Shown here piece by piece: positions 24,890 to 39,399 of a stretch of 64,000 bases of DNA. The first letter of the stretch is position 1; each line of letters starts with the position of its first letter. The stretch comes from Octopus vulgaris. Its lineage: Eukaryota. The position numbers and the translations under genes are program-made. The stretch spans positions 136,400,001-136,464,000 of the forward strand of contig OX597815.1 of assembly GCA_951406725.2 (NCBI GenBank), read 5' to 3'. The notes beneath the pieces are model-generated. The model was not told where the DNA came from. It saw only the letters and a list, made by a program, of their open reading frames with translations, and made no database searches.

Positions 24890-27800
24890 CTACAGGATCA
24901 TGCTCAAAATGGTTTCGTTACTAGCACGCACCATCTTTGCAACATTCACCCATCTTTTATTGAATCTTTCGCGAGACAAAACTTCCCTCTCCATTCTCAC
25001 CTTCCTTTTCAAGTGGTACTTGAAAAAGTTGATGAGCGAATGGCCAGAGAGGTAAGTGTTTGTCTCTAATCCTTTCGCTCGAGTCCACCACACACATTCT
25101 TTCACCATGGCCACCAGTACGATGAAAACTGCCTTGCCTTCCCGGTTGAGGGAAGGGGGCGGAGCAATTCTCACGATAGACTCGGCCGATAGGCGGATTC
25201 GTCCCACACGTGACAGCAGCCGTTCGGCATAAGCCCACAGGTCGGAAATGGTTGGACATTGCACGAGTGCGTGCAGAACGGTTTCGTCGCTCTGACCGCA
25301 TCTCGGGCAAGTCGGTCCAGTGTGTCTGGAACCGTGTCTGTAGAGCTTATCCCGAACAGGTAATGCTTCTCGATAGCACTGCCAGGCCAGGGATCTTTGG
25401 TGATTGTTCATAGGTCCCGGCCCGAAAGTTGTCCTGAACAGGCGGGTCAGGTGTTCCTCGTCGACGCCCAGACTCTGCCCGAGTTCGTCGTCGCACCTCC
25501 CCTCCACTAATCCTCTATAGAATGCCTTTGTTGTGATGGAGTCGCACAAGTTCGATCCCGGACGGCAGAGTTGCTTGAGAGCAACGCGACACTCACGGTG
25601 CCATTCGCCTAGCCTCGGTCTCTGCTTGATCCATGACTGTAGTTCGTCCAAGGAGACGAGCTGCGGGAAAGCGCGCCGCACAAAAGGCGACCACCCCTGT
25701 TCACCGTTGTCTATGAAGCGCCGGAGATGTCGCAGTCTCAGCGCATGTCTGCGCATCATCAACCACGGCATGCCCAGCCCTCCATTTAGCGGGTGTTGGC
25801 AGCAAATGGATCGCCTGACCATCGGAACGTTTCCCTTCCACAAGAAGCGGAAGAGTATGCGTTCCAGTTTGGTGATGGTAGGGTCGGGACAAGGCACGAC
25901 GGTCAGACGGTACTCGATGACGGATGCGATGTACGCGTTCGCCACCTCCGCCCGACCTTTTAGGGATAGCTTTCTCTCAGTCCATTTCTGGGTGAGAGTA
26001 GCCACCCTAGTCGTTATCTCGCCCCAGTTCTTCTCCATTTGGAGGTCCGGACCGAACCAGACCCCGAGCAATTTAACCGGTCCGTCCGTCCAGCGTCCCA
26101 CGATGGAGACGCTGTTGGACGGCATGGGCTTGCTTCTCCAGGTGCCGAGCCGCAAGCCCACTGACTTTTCCCGGTTAATTTTTGCTCCCGTTACCGCTTC
26201 GTATTCTTTCAGTGTCTCGCCGACCAGCTCGATGTGCTCGTAGCTCGACACTATGACGGTGACGTCATCCGCGTATGCAGACACGCTCCTCCCGCATCCC
26301 AGCTCTCGTGGGATGCCCCTCAGCGTCGCCAGTTTCCGCAGTAGTGGCTCAAGAGTCAGTACATACAGCAGCGATGAGAGGGGGCATCCTTGACGAACCG
26401 AACGCATGATGTTAAAAGGTCTGGATAGATGACCATTTACGCGAACTACTGAGCGGATGCCGCTGTATAAGGCAGCGATCCAACTGCGGAAAACTGGACC
26501 GAAACCAGCCGCTTTGAGGACAGCCTCCAAGTAGTGATGGTCTACCCTATCGAAGGCTTTTGATTGATCCAAATTGATCAGCGCCCCACCCATGCCAGGA
26601 TTTTTAACTACCCTGTCTATGATGTAGCGCATCAGATGGAGGTTGTCATGAATACTTCTACCCGGCACGGCGCATGTTTGCGCCTTGTCGATTAGTTTCT
26701 TGATGACAAGCGCCAATCTCTCGGCTAACACCTTGGCCAAAATTTTCAAATCTGCGTTGAGCAGAGTGATGGGCCTGAAATTATCTATGACGTCCCCCTT
26801 GTTTGGGTCTTTCTTGATCAGTGCCACTGCTCCTCGCTTTACAAAAGCAGGAATACTCCCGTTCTGCTGCCAGTTGCAGTAGACAGCTGCCAAGACGCCT
26901 CCAAACAAGTCTGGCATATGAAAATAAAATTCGTAGGGCAGACCATCCAAGCCTGGTGACTTGTCTCTCGCGCAGCCTACCATCGCATCCTGTACGTCCG
27001 CAGCTGTGATAGGCTTTTCACAAGACTCCACCTCCCTTGCTGAGAGTCGTGGCAAGGCATGCAGGTAGGCACTAAAGTCCACTCTGCTTTCTGACTCACC
27101 ACTTGTCCCAAACAGTTGGGTGAAGTGTTGTTGAAAAACCCCACACATCCTTTTAGGCTCGAGTAATTCGCGCCCCTGTTCATCTATAAGAGACTTGATG
27201 GTGGCTCTGTTGCCTCGTTGCGTCTCCACCACTCGGGCCTCTTGGGCGGCTCCAACTCCTTCGTTCCTCAGAGCACGCATCCTAGCTCTGACAACGCATC
27301 CCTCGTGTTTGGCGTTGAGGTGTTGGTCGAGGGCCAATCTCGCCGCCAGTACGTTGGACGCGATGCCAGTTCTAAGTGCCTCTTCTAAAACCTTAACTAA
27401 TTCTCCCTCTACTCTATTTCGGTCTAATGCTAGGGCTCTACTGTATCTGACTGATTCTGCTTTAATCGCTTTTTTTAGGGAATACCACCATCTGTTGTTG
27501 ATGATGGTACCCGTCAAAGCTCTCTTAACTAATGTGCTGATCCGGTCCCTGTAAACCTGTCGTGCTGTAAAAGACGCGTTCAGTTTCCAGTAACCAGGAC
27601 CCTGCCTATGTGTCTTATCTAAGTCAAGTGTACAAGTCACAAACTTGTGATCTGTGTAACTGACTATATGAAATTGTGGACAACCTACACTATTTTTATC
27701 TATTGTCCTACAGAATACTCTATCTAAGTATGATCTGGACGACCCGATGCGGTTACTCCATGTCCACATTGGCACATTCGGGTGGTCCAGTCGGTACCTG

Positions 27801-28326
27801 TCAGACAGTTGGAAACGTCTGAGCAGGTCTTTGAGGCATTTGCATCCCCTTCTATTGCTATCTCTGCCCACGTAGTCTAGATGCGTGTCCAGGGTGGCAT
27901 TCCAATCCCCCACTAAAAGTAAAGGACGAGACGTTCCCATGAAAGACTCTAGACGTCGAAAGAAATCTGGTCGGCCTGTTAAGGACGGAGCATAAACTGC
28001 TATCAGTCGAAAAGCACACTCATTGCTGCCATCGACATCCAAAACGACCAGCCTACCCTCCGGGTCTAGGAAATTTGCTCTTACTTTGAGATCCAGACTC
28101 TTCCGATAAGCACCGCGGTGCCACCTCCGCCCATTCTCGGTAGACACGGAGAAAAATAAATGTTGAAATGTGTACCGAAAATGTGCTGGAGTGCCCGCAA
28201 GCTGTGGAGTCTGGTCTCACTGATGGCTATGATATTCAGATTTAGTGACTTGATGTCATTTAACAGGTAGCCTTGTTTCCAAGGCGACCCCAAGCCACGT
28301 ACATTTATACTACCTATTCTGAGCAT
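24890..28326 (-). CDS. Tx1 ORF2 (APE endonuclease + reverse transcriptase + zinc knuckle), one frameshift near 28108
   Basis: IGSINVRGL, ISETR, GTAVL | VYAPS, VGDWNA, YLDRVF, TDH; KSPGLDGL, FRPITLLNAD, DQSKAFDRV, VRQGCPLS, YADD; CPRC..ETVLHALVQC. Confidence 0.92.
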
Positions 28327-28368
28327 GTTCCGATAAAAGTGCAAAAAAGGAAAAGGAGAGAGAAAAGG

Positions 28369-30504
28369 TTACTTGTTTTCCGAAAGTTCTTTGTCTTTCA
28401 CCTCACGGTCTTCTTCTATGAGGCTTTTATACAGTTTTTTTGATGAGTACTTTTGAAATCTCCCTACTGCATCAGGGTAAAGAGATTTCAGGGTGCTGTA
28501 TGTGTTCTGTGTCACGTGTATTATTTTAATGTGTTGTGGTGGTGTTGTGTGTGGGTGGTTACTTGTTTTTATGTCGTTTTCAGTAATGTTAGTGTTTGAC
28601 CTAATGTGTTCCATTAGGTCGTGGTTGTTTGTGTTTATGGCTGTCAACATTTTTGGGGGGTTTGATGATGGTGTGTTTGTGTTGATGTGTGTGTTTTCTG
28701 TGGATGTTTTTGTTTCGGGAGTGGTGTATCTTCCCGCTTTGTTTGTTATTTTTTCTTTTCTTTTTTTCCCCTTTTTCTTCTCCCCCTGTGGCTATTTGCC
28801 AATCTTCCGTGTCTTCTTCGTCTAATGACAGATCAGACGAATCGGAGTCTGGAAGAGGGAAAGTATTGGGGTCTATTGTCGACTGTGTTGGTTTTGTTGT
28901 TGGTGTTGGTTGGTGAGCGTTTGGTTGTGGTGTGTGCGGTTTTGGATGTGGGGTTTGGGTATTTTGTGTTTGAGTGATTGTGGGTATTGTTGTGTTGTTT
29001 AGGGTCTCAATTTTGTGGGGATTTGGAGTTGTAATTGTTTCTTCATTTATGCTGGGTGTCTTTTTGGCAGATGTCCTTGGTTTGGGAGTTGGTATATTCT
29101 TGGTTGTTGTTGTTGGTGATGCTGCTTCTGTTCTTGGTGCTGCAGTTGGTGTGGTTGTTTGTTTGGTGAGGTTTGTTCCTGCAAAAAGTGGTGTGGGTAG
29201 TAGACCTTGTTTATTTGTTTTTGTTTCCGGCTGCTGTTGTTTTCTTGCGGCAGATTTGCAGTCTTTTTTGAGATGTTGCTCACTGCCGCATATGTAGCAA
29301 CGTGGTCTTCTGCCATCGACGACCACATATAACTTGTGGTCGTCTGATACACATATCTGGGTGGGTATTTTTTTTATATCTTCATGATGTATATGTAGAA
29401 GAAATTCTATTTTCTTTCCCACCCAGTTTTTATGCTCTGTGACTGTGGTTTCCAAAATAGTATAATTCGCCATTTTTATGCATAAAGCCTTTACAAGCCA
29501 TAGACTATTGGCTATTTTGGGGACATTGTTTAGAGTGATCTTAGTCACTTTCTGTCCCCGATAGCTTGGTGTAAGTTGGAGTTCATCTGAGTGAAGAGTT
29601 AGCGTTGAGAAATGTCTAGCTAACTCTTCGGTGTAGAAAACGACTTGTATGTGGGCAAATTTGTTCCACCAGGTTACATATTCTTTGTGATCCCAGATGG
29701 GTTTCAGGCACTTCTCTATTTTGCCTGTGTTGGCCTTCTCTGGGATTTTTGTTTTTTTGTTAACTATTTTATAAATGATTGTTCGTCTTTTTTCTATTTT
29801 CCAAAATATCTTCTGGTATGTTAATTTTTACGATACCTTCTGATTCTGTTATTTTGATGTTCGTGTCCTGTAATTGTTGAGCCGTAAAGTATATTGTTGT
29901 TTTTTTTCTTTAATCGCCTCAGCGAAATTTGTTGTTGTTTTGTTATTGTTGTTGCTTGTGGTGATGTTGTTGGCTGCAGTTTGTAAAATTGGTGTGTTAG
30001 GTTCGATCGTGCAAGTAGGAAGGGTGGAAAATTGCCTGCGTACTTTAGTCCTGCACTAGGGCAAAATTCGACATTTCGTTTGCTTGTCGTCGTTATTTTT
30101 TCACTTGTTGGTGATGGAGTGAGCAGTGGTTGAAGGGAGTTGTTGTTGTCGTCGTTGTTGTTGTTGTTATTGTCGTTCTTGGTGACGGCTGTGGTGTTGG
30201 TAGTATTTGTAGCATTGACGGCACGGTCTTTGGTGGCGGTGATGGTGATGTTGGTGTTGTTATTGGTGGCAATATCTTTAGTAGGGATAGCAGTTTTAGT
30301 AGCAGATTCTGCCATGGTGTTGGTGGTGGTGGTGGACTCACTGATGGTGTTGACGGTGCTTGGCCTTGCGACCTTTGTTTTGTATTTGTTGCTGTTGGTG
30401 GTGGTGGAGTTGTCAGGTTCGGCGTATGCTAACAGAGCATCCTGTTTTTCTGTTTCTCCGTCACGCTTGACTTGCAACTCAGCCTCGTGGTGGTCAGTGG
30501 CCAT
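28369..30504 (-). pseudogene. Tx1 ORF1 (gag-like, CCHC zinc knuckle, Thr/Asn/Pro-rich linkers), frameshifted
   Basis: ATG in caaaATGG at 30504; segments 30504-29880, ~29750-28601 (RCYICGSEQHLKKDC) and 28650-28369. Confidence 0.8.
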
Positions 30505-30728
30505 TTTGGAAATAAAATGGCTAAATGAAACCACGAAGGCTATGAGAATTTTTTTTTAAATTTTGCCCACAAGGGGCAAAATTTTGTGTCGATATTTATC
30601 AAAGGTTTACAGTGGATGTTGTTGTACAACTTTTAAGCAAAAAATGTTTGTCAATATACACTTTTAAATAGTCAAAATAAATGATTACCTTCGGAGCCGA
30701 AACGACATCACATCCGTCAGTCAGAGAT

Positions 30729-30795
<67 letters not shown>

Positions 30796-30820
30796 GGAGA
30801 GAGGGGGAGAGAGAGAGAGA
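30729..30820 (+). repeat. (GATA)n then (GA)n, 5' flank of Tx1 element
   Basis: Direct reading. Confidence 0.95.
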
Positions 30821-32359
30821 TTCTGACAGTAAACTAACTACACATTTTTAATTCTTCATGTTTCAGACTTTCATTGTATATGTTGACATTTATATTTGTT
30901 TTTGTATCTTCAGATTTTTTTAACAAATTGTTACATATTCTTTTATTTATTTTACCATTTTTTTAAATTCAATTTTATTTTTCATTTATTGACATTTCTT
31001 AAATATTACAACACTATTTTCATTACCTTTCAGCTAAAGACACCTGATCGCTAGCTGTAGTGATTATCATTTCTCATTTCTCATTTCTCATTACAATAGA
31101 AGTCATTGTAACAGGTTACATATAAATTACTATCTTTGAAAGCCTGCTGGAGATAAACATGTTTACACTTTATTAGTTTATGTAATGGAATATTTCAGAT
31201 TGCAAAAACGCCAAAATACTATTAGAGCAGCTGTGATACAATATTTATTTATTGTCATTGTCGTGTAATTAATGTTTTTATTGTTGTTGTTCTTGTGGTT
31301 GTTGTTTAACTCTAAAACTACTGCTGTCAAGCAGTTCTATATTTAAAGATTCTATATATAAAGACGTTTTATCCATGACATTTGCACTTTCGCCTTTCCA
31401 TCAGGATGTACACTGTTTCATATATCATTTTAAGACGGTGAAATATTTCAGGCTGATTATGCTGTTATTTCTAACATTTCGGGCGACTACTCAGATGTTT
31501 ATCCACTGGAAAATGTATTATTGTTGAAGTATTTAGTTACACGTCTTTAGTATAAAACACGGGCATTTGTTCAAAAGGACTGATTAGAAATTGTAAAGTA
31601 CGAATTGTTCTTTTTCATTCCTGTACTTGCTACTATTGAAAATCTTACAAATAGCATCTATCTTCTATTTAGTACCTGCAAAGCAGGTAAAATATCAGCT
31701 TTATTACTGCAATACGTAAACATATATTACGCGCAGAAGAATAAAATATGTTCCTAACACATTGCCAACTGATGCAGATAGACGTCGTATTGAAAGTAAA
31801 TAACAAAATGAAACACTAAGTGGCCGGGATTATTCAGTAGCAGCCAATTTAGCCAAACATTTAGTATCTAAGTCATTAAATTTCTGACCACGTAAGAGAC
31901 ACATGATAAATTATTCCAGCTCTGCCTTCGTCTATAATCGTTCGACAATAGACATTGAATGAAACAACTCTATGCAAGTCCCATATTCTCTCCAGTGGTA
32001 TAGTAACCTTATCAAGCGATTCTCTGAACAGGAAGAAAAAATGCTTCAAACAAAAGACCATGTGGATATGCGAGGAGTAGCTCATTTTCACGGAGTGTCC
32101 CAACGTTCACATACTTGTCACTATAAGTACAAGCATATAAAAGAAGTCAAAATGGAATCCTCCTCGCGTTGCTACGCCATTTTGATACAGTAACAAAACT
32201 TGCCTAGAGCGTCATCCAAGTGTCAGAAAAAGCAGTGTGTATGTCAGATAGTCGATTCTCGTATGTATTAGGCCAGACAAAAACAGGATAGACACAACTA
32301 GATCCATAGTCAAATAACAAATAAGTGTCACAGAAAGATCATAACTGATAATACTCGCA

Positions 32360-32560
32360 CAATAGCAGGCTGGTTAGAATGCCTGATTAAATGCTTTGCA
32401 ATATTCATTCTACCTTTCTGCACATTGAATTCAAATAGCGTTATATTCAAATTTTCGATTCATTCCTTTTGTAGTTGATAACGGTAGTACCATATATGGG
32501 GGTAAATTCAAAGTTACAGTCCTTTCTCATTGAACTTTAAGTTCACTTGAGAATTTGAAG
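32360..32560 (+). mobile_element. Very degraded SINE
   Basis: ggttagaatgcc..aaatgctttgc..gaattcaaat..ttcattccttttgtagttgataa; weak reverse-strand match to 13300-13470. Confidence 0.45.
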
Positions 32561-35253
32561 CCGTGAAGTCGCACAGAGCATAGACACAACTTGAAAGCGA
32601 CGGCTCTACACTAAACATATATAATCCGATATTAAACTCAGGCACATAAAATTCTAAACGAAATATCAAAGACTTTCACAAATAAACTAGAAATGAAAAC
32701 AATACTTAACAAAGAATCTTGAAAGTGTAGTAAATATCACTCAACTTACATCCATAGTGTTGAGTGTATTGAAACAGCAAATATGTATATGCACTACATG
32801 AAACAAACAAGCCAACATACATCTACATGCTCTAAACACATGACAAACTCTTCCTCAATCTTCACCAAACAACGTGACCATCATTTTTACAAACCCTCAT
32901 TAGATTAAAGAACAAATGAAAACGTCTTCAGAAAGTTCAAAATATCCTAGTGGGACTAATTCAGCAAGAGAATCGAATTAAAGTTTTGATTATTGATGTT
33001 AGTGAGTTGTTAAGGTTGTTCTCATGCCCTCCTCCATGGGGTACCTCCAGAATTTACTGATATGCAGAAACAAACCTATCAATGAAGAGAGTATAAGATG
33101 CATATATTTTCACGTTTAATTACAAGCAAACACGCACTTCTCTCAAAATATGTGGTATGATTCCAATACAAAGAAAGTCGAAGGAAATCGACACAAAGTT
33201 TATTCTTCCGATAGTTAACCAGCACTTCGTAGAATCTACAGAAGATCAAAAAATTTACAAATCATATTCAAAACATTAGCACCAACCACTAGAAACAAGG
33301 AATGGCATACTAAATATATTGCTCCATATTATTTTTAAAAGCCGAATGTTTATGGCAGGAGTGTTATTGGTTATGTGTTTGCTCGGTTTGAGCTGATTTG
33401 AACCTAAACAACATGAATACAATTCGTCAACGAAGGGGATTCGCTCGGCATCACTTTGAAGTTGTATGCCACGTATGAAGGAACTACATCTGAAAATTCA
33501 TTCCCAGTTAGATTTTGTCAGTAGGAAAACTATATTATCATAGCTATGTCTTCACTCTTTGTGACGCTTGATTACGGTTGGCCTGGATTTGAATAACAAA
33601 ATCTGCCTCTTTACATACGAAAAGGGATGTCGACAAGCAATGATCTGGACCTAAACACCAATGTCTTCGCTTTGGTGGAGTTAAAAGAACTGAATTAAAA
33701 GTACAACTCATCAAATTTACAATCAGTTTAATAACTCCTCACATAACTCATCATTTTATAGTTCTAGTTTTCGTTCGACTTTACGGGTAGATGTTATATA
33801 AAAATATTTAAAATTTGGCAAAGCAACATACATTTCATGTGCACTCAAACTGTTTATAAGTTTAAAATATTTTATACATTGACAGCAAGTGGCTGAATTG
33901 CATAGTGGTGTGTTTTGCACGTGTAGAGTTAAGAACAGCACTAAATTTTGGTTTGTCGTCCCAAGAGCATATTTGCTGTGTCCTTAACGTTTTCATGGCA
34001 GCTCATAAATTAGTACATCTGAGAACCAGCTTTGTTCATCCTTTCGATACACTATTGTAAATATATCATGTCAGTCAATGTATTAATACTGTTGAAACAA
34101 ACATGAATTTCACAATATTATTATTTGTCAGTAAAGTTATAGAATAAATTAATAACTACTGAATTTCTGCTGCACAAAATTCAGTTGGTATAGTCAACTG
34201 TCTTATTCCTAATAAGATTTCTAGAGCATTTTTCAATCACGTAGAAGAGTAACAAATTTGTTTAAAAACAGACAATGAATTTATTGTTTCGTTCTCAAAT
34301 CAACGTGTAACCTCATTTATAACACCATGGTAATACATTTATGATGCTTAAATCTGATATTGCTTGCCGAATTCGTGTTGATGTTAGTAACTATTACAAT
34401 TTCACCTATTTGTGTGCAATTTTAATGTATCACACGCAATATGTTTTAGATGCTTTCCTCAATGAATAACTCTCCGCAAAACATGATCACGTACCGATAC
34501 GGCGTCATCCAATCATAAAACATTAGGAAAGTTTAGCTTAGTTGATACTAACAATGTTGGAATCAACTTTTGAGTATGTTGGAAATATCTTTCAACTCTA
34601 ATAAAACCGAAAACCCCGCAGCAGCTATGGTACTTGCTGAATCGGTGGTTCATGTCAATAGAGTTTTATTCCACGTTCTTCAGATCTACAATATTGGATA
34701 GCCATTCTAATTGCGATGAACCCTAGCTAATGACATTAATTCATTTACTATAAAGGAAATAACATAATCAGAGTTTCTGTATCTGTGTTGAATATCATTG
34801 TTGTTGAAATTGAAACCACTACAATACTTCTTAAAAGCGATTTTTTTTTTGCTTTCAAACGAATACTTACCTGAAGGTTAAGAACAGTAACTGAAGTGAC
34901 TTCATGCACTAACGAAGATATTTAATACAAGTATTAAATGATTCTGACATTCGAGTATCTCCTGGCCAAAAATTGTATTAGGTGATCTCTAGCAGTATAA
35001 ATGAAGTTAAAGCATTCATTTAATTTATGTTTGTGGCTTCCAAAAGTCTATGATACGACCATACTGGACAAACACTGACATTGATCAAAATATATTTCTC
35101 AAGTTGAATTTTAGGCTTATTTCTAAACTAATTGATCAGCCGAATGCCATGGGTTAATGGGACACATAATCATTCTCTATCAACAACATGCCAATAATTA
35201 AAGACAATAGAGTTAACATGTTTAATGAATAAACCATGATAAATTTAACTCGG

Positions 35254-35302
<49 letters not shown>

Positions 35303-35559
35303 TGTAACTATGCTAGATATCCAGATAATTCTAGCATAGCTTAAACTTATTTTCACCTCAGCAAAGTACAAGAAGCGCAGTATCCGCCAAATTCGTGATG
35401 AATTAACTACGAAGAATATGTACCTGACGGTACAATTATTGAGGTAGTAATTAATATCATGTCAACAATGGGTAATATATTCGGGGAATGTATTCTATTT
35501 GGAAAATATATTTAGGGTAATTTAATGAGGGAATATAAAAATATATATATATAGCTTGA

Positions 35560-36968
35560 AAGTCGTGTACATACTATTTGCATTTTCTCAAATGATGTAG
35601 GTATGGAATAGGGGATAGAAAAGTGCGCTATATTGAAATTGAAGAGAGGAAGAATTGAAAAGAGAGCCATGGAAGTGATATGCCATATGGGCAAACAATG
35701 AAGAAGATTGAGAAAGGTCAGTAGTATAAGTACTCGGGAATAGTGGAAGCAGACGAGATAAAAATGAAGAAATGAAACAAATTACCAGCTGAGAATACAT
35801 AAGGGGAGTAAGAAAATTAATGCAGTCAAACCCGAATTCAATAAAGTCAAGATCAGTACCCTTAATCAGATATGGAGTTGGGATTATAGAATAGACTAGC
35901 CAAAAATTAAAGAAACTTGGCAGAAAACTAGGAAATCGTTGACGATGTATGGAGCCCACTATCTGAAAGCTGATGTCAACTGGCTGTAGTTGAGGAGAGA
36001 CCAGGTTGGAAGATGCTTAGTAGCAGTAGAAGAATGTGTACAAATTGAAAGAAAAGGACTAGTAGAGTATTTACAGAGCAGCACAGAAAAGCTACTAAAG
36101 ATAGTTAATAAAGGACAGATGATGAAGCGCGTAATAGGAGAAAAGACAAGAATGAAATATAGAGAGAGCAGACAGATCAAAATACTGGGCTTGGTTAAAA
36201 AAGGGGCCATTAAAAACAGAAACATAGAGCCTAGTTGTAGCAGCCTAAGATCAAGCGATAAATACAAACAATTTGATAAAAAAATATCCATATGGTGAGA
36301 ATGTGTCAGAAGAATATAGAGATTGTGGAACTTGGAACGAGACAGTGGTACACGTTCTGGCAGAATGCCCCAAATTGGCAGAGGAGGAATGTAATAAATG
36401 GAGGCACGACCAGGTTGTAAAAGTTTTACACTGGAAATTGTGCCAGAAATGGAAATTTGAAGCTGAAAACACATGGTAGAATTATCGAGTCGAAAGAGTG
36501 CTGGAGTCAGAGAAATGCAAAATTTTGTTGAATTTTCCTATTCAAACATACAAAAAAATATAATATAATAGACCAGACATAATGATAATAGACAAGGAAA
36601 AGCGAAGTTGCTTACTTATCGACCCATCATGCTCGATCATAAAGAAAGAGGAAAAGAATCAAAAATTACGATCCCTTAACATTTGAAATAGGCAAAATTT
36701 GGAGCAACGAACAGTAAAGGTCGTATCTATAATAATTAGTGCATTGGGAACACTAAGATAGTATATGGACAAAGTGTTGAAGGAGATTGAAATGAGTGTC
36801 CGGTAGAGCTCCTAGAGAACGTTTATCACTTAGGGACAGCAAGGATTATCAGGAGGGTTCTAAGCACTTGAAAGATTGCTGAAAACTTGTGAATACCTAA
36901 GGTTACAGGTAGTAACCCGTTATACACATAAATACTACCCAGAATAAGACCGAACCTGAGTAAAAAAA
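35560..36968 (+). mobile_element. Degraded R4/Dong-like LINE fragment
   Basis: DVGME.GIEKCA.L, ETVVHVLAECPKLAEEE..RHDQV, NNRPDIMIID, LGTARIIRRVL; (TGA/TAA)n tail. Confidence 0.8.
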
Positions 36969-37025
36969 ATGATGATGATGATGATGATGATGATGACGAT
37001 GATAATAATAATGATGATGATGATG

Positions 37026-37086
<61 letters not shown>

Positions 37087-37219
37087 TGGTTGTGATGCAT
37101 GTGCCTGGTGTATCCTTATCAGACGGGTAGTCATGATGGGTATATTAGGCTTCGTATATTTTACCCCAGTGTCACTTTGATGGCATGCACTGCTCTCTCA
37201 CTCAATAATAATAATAATG

Positions 37220-37295
<76 letters not shown>

Positions 37296-37312
37296 TAATA
37301 ACAATAATAATA
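36969..37312 (+). repeat. (TGA)n/(TAA)n tracts enclosing a ~115-bp insert (37089-37203), likely an R4-type 3' UTR
   Basis: Direct reading; insert carries the shared 3' hairpin. Confidence 0.75.
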
Positions 37313-38285
37313 GTCAAGACAAGAGCGCGATTCGATTGTAAGATATTTTATTAGTTGAACGTTATTTCAACAGTATGTTTGTCTTTGTCAAGTTCGAAAT
37401 ATGAAGTGATAAAAATTCAAAATTTCAGAAATTTAAACGTAAAGTATGAACGAGAGCAACCAGCATCCACACGTTGATGGAATGACATCATCAATGTTTA
37501 AGTCACAATTTTATAACAGGCGAAAAGAAAAAGATAGAAAAGAAAAAAACAGAAAAAAGAAGATGACAGAAAAAAGGAAAGAAAAAGAGAGAAAAAAGAC
37601 AATTTAGTCAAACAGTTTTTTATAAATTTGATAATATTCTCCTGTCATCTTATTCATTCCGCCAGGGCGTGATGTTAATAAACCGCAAACATATTTCTCC
37701 TCATACATTCTGAAAAAGTGAAAGTGAAGCAGATTCAGAATATTTTCTGAGAATATGCACTTTCAAGTCTTCTTCGAAATTGCAGCTGCTTGAAACGAAA
37801 TGTTCAGCAAGTTCTGTCGAACTACTGTTATTGTGCCTGACGTCGAATCTGCGCCCATGAAACCTTTCCTTTAATTGTTCTGTTGTGCAACCAACATAAA
37901 TTAATTTGTGTTTCGAGCATTCTGCAGCGTACACCAAGTGGGAATCTTTACATGTTTCACCTTCTGTATAAATCATAACATTTCTGTTATGATTTCTGAT
38001 GGAATTCAATTCACTCACGTTGTTACACAATGTTCAGGGATTACCTCTCTTGCGGCTTTTCTTTAAGGTACAGCGTGTAGATACGCCAATGTTCGTTTTC
38101 TTGGAGTCAGATATAGAGGCCAATAATTCTCTTATATTCTTATTCCGTCTAAAGGCTACAATACGCGGCTGAGGAAATATCTGTTTGAAATGAGGATATT
38201 GTTTCGCTACATGCTGGTAACCTTCATGCAACACTTTTGAAATGTTAGCGAAATGCTCAGAACTGTTATAAGTTGCGGTGATATG
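37313..38285 (-). mobile_element. Penelope-like element 3' fragment (GIY-YIG + putative pLTR)
   Basis: PRIVAFRRNKNIRELL linker; TCKDSHLVYAAECSKHKLIYVGCT..LKERF..ELAEHF. Confidence 0.85.
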
Positions 38286-38289
38286 ATCA

Positions 38290-38845
38290 GTGAGCGAAAG
38301 TGCTACATTGGAAATGTGCGAAAAATGGAGCTAGAGAGAGATAATACGTGGTATGAGCACAAATCGCAGAGAGTGGTGGAATAGGAGACTAGCAAAATCC
38401 TCTGGGATTTACCAATCGAAACAGATTAGTTGCTAGAACATAAAAGATCGAACCTAGTTATGGTGGAAGGCGCATCGCACATGCTATATTGTTAATGTTG
38501 TATGTCCCTTTGACCCACGAAAATCTGGAAGGAAGGCGAAAAGATAGACAAATACAACCCTGATAAGTGCGAAATAGCCCGGCTATGGAAAATGAAGACG
38601 GTGAAGATAGGGAAAATTATTGTAGGATCCTTGGGAACAGTATCAGAAGACCTCAAAGGGAATTTAAATTAAAATGCAATAGAGTACCTAGTAGAACTGT
38701 TACAAAAGGTTTGCTTCCTAGGCTAGAATAATCAGGAAGGTATTAAATAAATGAAAAGAACGGATAACATGGTATTGAAGGCTGCAGGCAGCAAATCCGC
38801 TACGCTTGCAACACTCCAGGAGCGTCAACTAAATGTGATAAAGAG
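38290..38845 (+). mobile_element. R4/Dong-like RLE fragment with (TAA)n tail (38846-38992)
   Basis: WYEHK..CKILWDLPIETD..CYIVNVVCPFD..IVGSLG. Confidence 0.75.
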
Positions 38846-38893
38846 AAATAATAATAACAACAACTACAACAACAAAACAGCAGCAACAACAAC

Positions 38894-38967
<74 letters not shown>

Positions 38968-39004
38968 TAATAATAATAAAAATAATAATAATAGTGGCAT
39001 CTCA

Positions 39005-39345
39005 AGACGAAGCACTTGGAATGATAAAAGTAGGACCTAAAAATTATTTGAGAATGATCACTGACTTACCACCCATGCAGGAAATCCAAAAGATTGTCTT
39101 CACTGGTGCGTCACACGTAGTGAGAAGAGCATTGTCACTGAATTTTCTTTTCTTTTTTCCACTTTGTTTTCGCTGTTTATTTGTTTTTGTTTTTTCTTTT
39201 TTTCTCTCTGTCTTTTCCCCCTTTTCTCTTTCTAAATGAGCAATCGTGCCCTTTTATTTTAATGGCCTATCATTGTATACAGTCAGTATCTCTGCCCTAA
39301 GTGTCAGAGAGACACTCCACAAGAAATGGAAACAGAGTTGAAAGA
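39005..39345 (+). mobile_element. R4/Dong-like 3' end fragment
   Basis: ALGMIK..LPPMQEIQKIVFTGASHVVRRALS; 3' UTR similar to 3980-4040; (TGA/TAA)n tail. Confidence 0.75.
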
Positions 39346-39399
39346 CAATGATGATGATGATGATGATAATGATGATGATGATAATAATAATAATAATGT

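Noticed and set aside
25533-27554. Plus-strand ORFs up to 236 aa inside the Tx1 element (also 9802-10910, 17526-18432)
   Set aside because: Antisense shadows of LINE ORF2
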